DNA of 64,000 nt from Candidatus Hydrogenedentota bacterium (GTDB lineage: Bacteria > Hydrogenedentota > Hydrogenedentia > Hydrogenedentales > SLHB01). Within the stretch, counting starts at the first letter, position 1, and each line of letters starts with the position of its first letter. A program made the translations under genes and the position numbers. Positions 57,713 through 64,000 of the stretch are shown piece by piece. The stretch is from NCBI GenBank assembly GCA_963668025.2, contig CAXXTH010000010.1, positions 544,001 to 608,000 on the forward strand, read 5' to 3'. The notes beneath the pieces are model-generated. The model was not told the DNA's origin. It did no database searches and was given only the letters and a program-made list of their open reading frames with translations.

Positions 57713-60700
57713 TATTACCCTCCGTTTCGTTTTTATCCAATGCTCTCCGCAACGCCGTACTGAGGTTACGCAGCACCAGCGGTTTCATTACAAATTCAGA
57801 AATGCCCATCTTGTGCGCCATCGTTTCATCCATATAATCACTAAACCCCGTCATCAACAAAATAGGGGCGCCTGGCAATATTTTAAGAATTTCAACGGCC
57901 AGTTTATCCCCAGTAAGGCCCGGCATGGTCTGGTCCGTCATCACCAAATCAAAAGCGCTTGGATTACGGCGGAATAATTCCAGCGCCTCGATGCTGCTCT
58001 GGCGCGCGGTGACCTCATACCCGAGCCGTTCCAGCATCTGGGTGCACATATCGAGAACGGCCGCTTCATCATCCACAAGCAGGATGCGCTCCATTCCGCC
58101 AGGTATCAGTTCATTCCGGTTCGCTTCCGACACCTCCACATCATCCAAGCGCGGAAGATACACCGTAAAGGTTGAACCTTTTCCAACTTCACTATGCACC
58201 GTAATAGCGCCATTATGGCTGGCGACAATGCCGTGGACCGTGGACAAGCCCAGCCCAGTGCCTTCACCCACTCGTTTCGTTGAAAAAAACGGATCGAAGA
58301 TGCGGCCAAGTATGACCTTATCTATTCCATGCCCCGTATCCTCCACGGCAAGCCGGATATAAGCGCCTTGTTTCAAACCCGTGCCAGGAATCTGCTCTTC
58401 TTTTTCCAGCAGAATTGGCGCGAGCGACACCCGCAAGCGCCCGCCCGTTTCGCGCATGGCTTGATATGCGTTTGTGCATAAGTTCATGAGGATCTGATGG
58501 ATCTGGGTCGCGTCGCCCAGCACATACCCGCAATTCTCATCCACCTTGCTTTCTATGGTGATCGTGCTGGGGATGGATGCCCGCAATAATTTCATCACCT
58601 CTTTTACAATCGTATGGACCAATACAGGCCGCCACTTTTGCTCCGCTTGCCGGCTAAAGGTAAGTATTTGGCGTACTAATTCCCGCGCCCGTTCACCCGC
58701 CCGGTAGACTTCATCGAGATAACCGCGCTGCGGGCTGCCTTCCGGCATGTCGTGCATGACCATGTCCGTATAACCTAAGATAGGGGACAGAATATTGTTG
58801 AAATCATGGGCGATGCCCCCGGCCAATGTGCCGATAGCCTCCATTTTCTGCGCTTGGCGGAGCTGGTTTTCAAGCCGGATTTGTTGGGTTACATCTTGCT
58901 TAACGGCGGCGTAGCTCGATATGCGCCCATGGGTGTCGCGGATGGGTGAAATAATCGTATCTTCAACAAACCGGGTGCCATTCTTCCGTTTGTTGATTAC
59001 GCGGCCCTGCCAGGTCTCCCCTCTCTTGAGCGTGTTCCACATCTGCTCGTAAAACGAATCATCGTGTTTCCCGCTCTTCAAGATGCGCGGAGTCTTGCCC
59101 AAAACCTCTTCCCGTGTATACCCCGTCGTACGTTCAAAAGCGCTGTTCACATATAAGATAACGCCATTCAGGTCCGTGATGATAAACGCCTCGACTGCTT
59201 GCGCGATAGCTTCCTCGAGGCGGGTGCGCTCCGCCTCGGCCCGTATGCGTTCGCTGACATCCCGAAGAGTGACCAATATGACCTGTTCATTTTCCCACGG
59301 AATAAGGGTGGCGGTGAGATCCATCGGGCAGTTCAAGCCATCGCTTCGTAGAAATTCCAGCGATTGAAACACCGCTCCCTCGACACGCAATACCTCAGGC
59401 CAGTCGGGGATAATCTCTTTTTGCTCAGGTGGGTATAAAATCTTAAATGACTTGCCCAACAGATCCGCTTCCATATACCCCAAAATATCTGTTATGCGCG
59501 GATTCACGTTGAGTATCGTGAGATCATCACTGCGTATCAACAGAATGGCGTCCAAGGACTCCATGAACATGATTTGAAACTTGCGGTTCGACTCGATCAA
59601 TTCCTGCTCGGTGCGGATGCGCTGCGCGGCGCTGGTAACCACGTCGCCTATGGATTTCAACATGGTGATGTCTTCCAGAAACCAAGACATTGGCCCCTGA
59701 GTGCGGGACAGGGCAAAAAAACCGGATAACACACTGCCGGAATGGAGCGGGACGGCCAATGCGGCTTGCGCTCCCAGCTTCCGGCAATACTCCTGTTCGA
59801 CGGAAGCTTCGGGAGGCAGATCATTCACGTCATGAATCACGATATTCTCGAAACAGCTCAGCTTTTCTAAGGCCCAAGGAAAGTCAAAAAGCGTTTGGGC
59901 GGCATGAATATCCCGATGTGGCGGCAATCCACTTATGTGCCACTCATGCACTTGTGTAACACTACCAGTTTTACTATTTAAAAGCATAAGAAGCACCCGG
60001 TCCACCTGCAAGATTTCCCCCGCGCCCTGCAAAGCAAACTGGATCGTATGGTCAAGATCCTCTTGGTGCGCTTTCACCAGAGCCGCCGAGACAATGGCGG
60101 CCAAACGTTCGAGTTCGAGCCTGCGGTGCAGCGCCTCCGCGGCGAGCCCTTGCTCCGTCACATCCCGATCGATTCCCAAACAGCCCGTTAAGCGCCCATT
60201 TGAATCAAAGCTGGCCTGTCCGCTGCTCTCGAACTGGCGGAGGCTGCCATCGGCATGGAAAAATCGAAAAGGCTGGTTACGCCAGCCGTGGCTTGCACAT
60301 GCAAGCTCAGAAAGAAGCTGCTTGGCCAAGCTGCGGTCATCTGGGTGTAAAAGGCTGCTTCGCGGCCGTCCCAGCAATTCATCCGGCGTATACCCTAACA
60401 GCTTTTCAATTGCGTCATTTGAATAAGTAATGCAATCCATATTATCCGTTGACCACACCCAATCGGGCGTCGATTCGACAAGCTGCCGGTATTTGTTTTC
60501 GGATACCTGAAGCGCGTGCGAAGCACGGCGTTGCTCCATCACATGGCGCAACACCCGGTCAAGGGACTCGGGAGATGCTTCATCCTTCGTAAGATAATCC
60601 TGTGCGCCGGCCCGGAGGGCTTCGACGGCGGCCCGCTCGCCGCCCATTCCAGTAAGTAAAACGCAGGCAGCCTCGCACCCTTCCTCGAGCAACCGCTGGA

Positions 60701-60911
60701 TTAGCGCCGTGCCCGTCATGGGCCCCAACAGATAATCAATAAAAACGACATCGGGCCGGAGCGTGGGAATATGCAACAGCGCTTCTTCCGGGTCCTCGAA
60801 AATCTTGTATTCTATCTCCCAAAAGGGAAGCTCATACAGCCGCCTGCCCAGCAATACGCCATCCGCTCGGGAATCATCAATGATGGCTACACATATCCCT
60901 GTTTTCATCAT
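57684..60911 (-). CDS. Hybrid kinase REC-PAS-GAF-PAS-PAS-HisKA/HATPase-REC
   Basis: N-terminal IIDD/IDYLL receiver, [24 protein letters not shown] and C-terminal LVDDE/TDQTMP. Confidence 0.92.
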   Translation of the reverse strand: MMKTGICVAIIDDSRADGVLLGRRLYELPFWEIEYKIFEDPEEALLHIPTLRPDVVFIDYLLGPMTGTALIQRLLEEGCEAACVLLTGMGGERAAVEALRAGAQDYLTKDEASPESLDRVLRHVMEQRRASHALQVSENKYRQLVESTPDWVWSTDNMDCITYSNDAIEKLLGYTPDELLGRPRSSLLHPDDRSLAKQLLSELACASHGWRNQPFRFFHADGSLRQFESSGQASFDSNGRLTGCLGIDRDVTEQGLAAEALHRRLELERLAAIVSAALVKAHQEDLDHTIQFALQGAGEILQVDRVLLMLLNSKTGSVTQVHEWHISGLPPHRDIHAAQTLFDFPWALEKLSCFENIVIHDVNDLPPEASVEQEYCRKLGAQAALAVPLHSGSVLSGFFALSRTQGPMSWFLEDITMLKSIGDVVTSAAQRIRTEQELIESNRKFQIMFMESLDAILLIRSDDLTILNVNPRITDILGYMEADLLGKSFKILYPPEQKEIIPDWPEVLRVEGAVFQSLEFLRSDGLNCPMDLTATLIPWENEQVILVTLRDVSERIRAEAERTRLEEAIAQAVEAFIITDLNGVILYVNSAFERTTGYTREEVLGKTPRILKSGKHDDSFYEQMWNTLKRGETWQGRVINKRKNGTRFVEDTIISPIRDTHGRISSYAAVKQDVTQQIRLENQLRQAQKMEAIGTLAGGIAHDFNNILSPILGYTDMVMHDMPEGSPQRGYLDEVYRAGERARELVRQILTFSRQAEQKWRPVLVHTIVKEVMKLLRASIPSTITIESKVDENCGYVLGDATQIHQILMNLCTNAYQAMRETGGRLRVSLAPILLEKEEQIPGTGLKQGAYIRLAVEDTGHGIDKVILGRIFDPFFSTKRVGEGTGLGLSTVHGIVASHNGAITVHSEVGKGSTFTVYLPRLDDVEVSEANRNELIPGGMERILLVDDEAAVLDMCTQMLERLGYEVTARQSSIEALELFRRNPSAFDLVMTDQTMPGLTGDKLAVEILKILPGAPILLMTGFSDYMDETMAHKMGISEFVMKPLVLRNLSTALRRALDKNETEGNNGAPSIGHR

Positions 60912-60924
60912 TTCTTCTCCATCT

Positions 60925-61386
60925 TTAGCGTATAGGCAGCGTGCAGGATTCAAACCAGAAATCCTTCAAATGCTGGAGCAGCTTTTCGAACTTGCCGAGT
61001 TCCACCGGCTTGACCAGATAAGCGTTCGCGCCAAGCGCATACGCTTCGGAGACATCATCCTCGTTATCGGATACGCTGAGCATGATCACGGGGATCGTAC
61101 GCAGCTTTTCGGACGCCCGCATGTGTTGCAATACTTGCTTGCCATTCACGCGGGGCATGTTGATATCCAGCAGCACGATATCCGGCCGTGGGCTTGTAGC
61201 CTCATCCGCATATGGGCCGCGATGCTCCAAATACGCTATGGCTTCCTCGCCATCTTCAACAATGTGCAATTCCTTATCCGCATCCGTATCCGCAGTCCGC
61301 AAGCTCCTGCGGGCTAAATTTTGGTCCGCGGGATTATCCTCCGCCAGTAAGATAATTTTGACTTCAGGTTCGTGAAGTCTATTCAT
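60925..61386 (-). CDS. Rcp1-type response regulator
   Basis: LLAEDNPAD, LLDINMPRVNG, GANAYLVKP and DFW. Confidence 0.9.
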   Translation of the reverse strand: MNRLHEPEVKIILLAEDNPADQNLARRSLRTADTDADKELHIVEDGEEAIAYLEHRGPYADEATSPRPDIVLLDINMPRVNGKQVLQHMRASEKLRTIPVIMLSVSDNEDDVSEAYALGANAYLVKPVELGKFEKLLQHLKDFWFESCTLPIR

Positions 61387-64000
61387 GCGTGTGAACCTCC
61401 TCCCTTTTGAGTTCCGCGCCAAGCACGGTGAAGCACATCGTGGTTCCTTTGCCTAATACCGGCTCCGCCCAGATCTGCCCTCCGTGCCGCTGGACAATTT
61501 TCCGGCAAATCGCCAGCCCAATCCCCGTTCCTTCGTATTGGCTTCTCCCATGCAGCCGCTTAAAGGGTATAAAAATTTGTTCGCTATACGCGGGATCAAA
61601 TCCGATGCCATTATCCGCTACCATTATTTTCCAAAAATCCTCTGCTGCACGGCATGCCGAAATATGCACTTGCGGCGGAGCGCCATGGTGGAATTTGATC
61701 GCATTGCTCAACAGATTTTGAATTACCCGGGTGATTTGCAGCCGGTCAGCCCGGATGACGGGCAGGCGGTCGAACGTAATCTCCGCCTTTGTCTCCCGGA
61801 TGCGCCGTCTTAAATCCTTGATCGAAGACTCTACACACGCATTTAAATCCACCGTCAGCAGATCATATTCTTTGCGCCCGGCCCGGGAAAGCTGGAGCAG
61901 ATCCTGCACCAGCACCTTCATCCGCCCTGAGGCCTCCACGATGAAGCGAATATCCTCATCCGCTTGCTCCGAGAGCTCCACACCCATGTCGGAACGCAAC
62001 AGCTCACAATACGAAGCTATCGTGCGCAACGGTTCCTGGAGATCATGGCTGGCCACATAATTGAACTCTTCAAGCTCCGTATTCGCTTGAGCGAGCTGCT
62101 CGATTTGCCGCCGGATCAGCTCCTCCGAATGCTTGCGCTCCGTAATATCCGTAATCACCCCTATGAGCCCCGCTTGCGCGCCATCGGAATGATAAAACGT
62201 GGCTTTGCTGGAAATCGCCTGGCGCATGTGCTGGTCCGCGCTGGGTAATTGAAACTCAAATGTTAGAACTCCTGGCTTCCGCATGAGTTCCTTGTCTTGC
62301 CTCCAAAATAACTCCGCGATATCGGATGGCCAGGTTTCATGTACGGTTTTACCGACAATCTGGCTGGCGGACGCACCTAAAAAGGTCTCGAAGGCCTTGT
62401 TGCATCCAAGATACCGCCCTTCAGAATCCTTATAGAAAACGGGATTCGGGAGCGCGACCATTAATGCATTCATGAAGCTAAGCTGTTGCTCGAGTTCGGC
62501 TTTTGTCGATTCAAGAGCCCGCAATGCGCTTTGGCGGACGGTGACATCTTGCACGGTCCCTACAAGCTTGATAATGCGCCCGGATGCATCCGCCTCAGAC
62601 GCCAGAATGGAATGCTGATGCATTTGGTCGCCCGAAGGCCGTAGCGTGACCATATCTAGCTCGAATACGCTGCTTTGCCGCGACAAAGACTCGATAATCT
62701 CTTGCAGCTTGCGCGCATCTTCCGCGGGATAATACGCCAGCGTCTGTTCAAAAGAGAGCGCGCCTTCCGCGGGAGCACGCTCGAACAGCCGGTAAAGCTG
62801 CTCGGACCACGTGGTTTCACCGGTTTCTAGATTATACTCCCAATTGCCGATCTTGCCGAGCCGCTGGGCCTCTTCAAGCTGCTTTCGGATAGTATGGAGC
62901 GTCTTGTTCGCCTGGGTCAGTTCCTTCGTGCGCTCCGCGACATGCGCCTCAAGGCTTGCGTGGGCCTGGCGCAGATCTTCATGCGCTTTTTTTAAGCTCG
63001 TGATATCCTGCATCGAGCCCGACATGCGCACGGGGCGGCCGTCTTCGCCGCGCAATGCCTGGCCCCGCAAACGGAACCAGCGATAGGAGCCTTGCTTGTC
63101 GAGGAGGCGGAACTCGGTGTCATATGGCTTGTTTTCCTCCAGATGCAGGCGTATCGACTCATCCGCCCGTTCGATATCGTCCGGATGCATCCGCCTGCGT
63201 AGAGAACCAAATGTCGGCTCGATCTCACCAAGCTCATATCCAAGATGCTGGTACATGCGGGGCGACCACCATCCCCGGTCATGCTCGATATCCGTCCAAT
63301 CCCAGAAACCATCATTCGAGCCGCTGATTGCCAGCATGAACCGCTGTTCACTCTCCCGCAAGGCCTGCACCGCGTCTTTGCGTTCCCGCACTTCCGCCCC
63401 AAGCTGCCGGATGGCGTCCGCCAGCTCCGCTGTACGCTCAAGAACGCGCCGTTCGAGCTCGGTATTGAGTTCCCGTACAACTGCTTCCGCACGCTTGCGG
63501 TCCGATATATCCGAGAAAGTGCCAACCATGCGGGTGGGGATGCCGTCTTCGCGGCGCGCCACTACAATCCCCTTGGATAGAATCCATCGCACATCGCCCT
63601 GCTGGGTGTACATGCGGAATTCCATGGAAAAACCTTCCCGGCGCTCCCGCGTATAATAGGCCATTTGCCCGAGAACCATTTCTTTATCGTCGGGGTGAAG
63701 AAGGCTGGCCCACGCATTAAAACTGCTGGGAAACTCGTCCGGCTCATATCCCAGCATCGTATAGCAACGCGGGCTGTAATACGCTTGATTTGTATCGAGT
63801 TCCCAATCCCACAACCCGTCATTGGCCGCCATCATGGCGTAATGGAGGCGTTCTTCACTTTCCCTCAAGCTCAACTCGGCGCGGCGAAGGCGGGTGATGT
63901 CCACAAAGGTGAGCACAATTCCGTCACACCGCCCTTCTTCATCCCGGTATGGCAAGATTCGGCTTAAAAGCCATGCGCCTTGGCGGGTTCTCATTTCCCG
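61379..64000 (-). CDS. Multi-PAS Cph1-type histidine kinase, N-terminus outside the window (probably CheR-fused)
   Basis: YVASHDLQEPLR, QNLLSNAIKF, DNGIG and GTGIGLAIC. First segment RILPYR...DGIVLTFVDIT is PAS_10-like. Confidence 0.9.
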   Translation of the reverse strand, partial: REMRTRQGAWLLSRILPYRDEEGRCDGIVLTFVDITRLRRAELSLRESEERLHYAMMAANDGLWDWELDTNQAYYSPRCYTMLGYEPDEFPSSFNAWASLLHPDDKEMVLGQMAYYTRERREGFSMEFRMYTQQGDVRWILSKGIVVARREDGIPTRMVGTFSDISDRKRAEAVVRELNTELERRVLERTAELADAIRQLGAEVRERKDAVQALRESEQRFMLAISGSNDGFWDWTDIEHDRGWWSPRMYQHLGYELGEIEPTFGSLRRRMHPDDIERADESIRLHLEENKPYDTEFRLLDKQGSYRWFRLRGQALRGEDGRPVRMSGSMQDITSLKKAHEDLRQAHASLEAHVAERTKELTQANKTLHTIRKQLEEAQRLGKIGNWEYNLETGETTWSEQLYRLFERAPAEGALSFEQTLAYYPAEDARKLQEIIESLSRQSSVFELDMVTLRPSGDQMHQHSILASEADASGRIIKLVGTVQDVTVRQSALRALESTKAELEQQLSFMNALMVALPNPVFYKDSEGRYLGCNKAFETFLGASASQIVGKTVHETWPSDIAELFWRQDKELMRKPGVLTFEFQLPSADQHMRQAISSKATFYHSDGAQAGLIGVITDITERKHSEELIRRQIEQLAQANTELEEFNYVASHDLQEPLRTIASYCELLRSDMGVELSEQADEDIRFIVEASGRMKVLVQDLLQLSRAGRKEYDLLTVDLNACVESSIKDLRRRIRETKAEITFDRLPVIRADRLQITRVIQNLLSNAIKFHHGAPPQVHISACRAAEDFWKIMVADNGIGFDPAYSEQIFIPFKRLHGRSQYEGTGIGLAICRKIVQRHGGQIWAEPVLGKGTTMCFTVLGAELKREEVHTHE

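Noticed and set aside
1-64000. tRNA, rRNA, integrase or prophage genes
   Set aside because: None recognised by eye. tRNAscan-SE and Infernal were not run.

Overview
GC-rich bacterial chromosomal segment from a probable diderm organism. The C-terminal sorting signal, repeat classes and URO-D expansion suggest a Hydrogenedentota/PVC-like lineage (inference only). Housekeeping genes: mutS (5' end outside the window), tex, a monocistronic CIRCE-regulated groEL, proS, ldh, ilvB-ilvN with a Val/Leu leader-peptide attenuator, arsC and gmhB-like. Accessory genes: four large histidine kinases and two response regulators; glycan enzymes (GH38, a frameshifted GH98-like gene, an IS-truncated Asp-box double-propeller hydrolase); an operon of three URO-D/MtaA-fold proteins plus a corrinoid protein; a deoxyhypusine-synthase-like gene; an MFS-HEAT fusion; and an AT-rich solitary SIR2-STAND-TPR-cold-shock-domain gene (probable anti-phage NADase). 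Five IS elements lie in two stacks (8.4-11.4 kb and 30.1-34.7 kb). Two are inverted copies of an ISAs1 element carrying a divergent 99-aa accessory gene and an 18-bp palindrome, and their flanks suggest an IS-mediated inversion of about 21 kb. Intergenic DNA holds several classes of REP/MITE-like repeats. No rRNA, tRNA or CRISPR array was seen. Family assignments come from motif recognition by eye, not from database searches.
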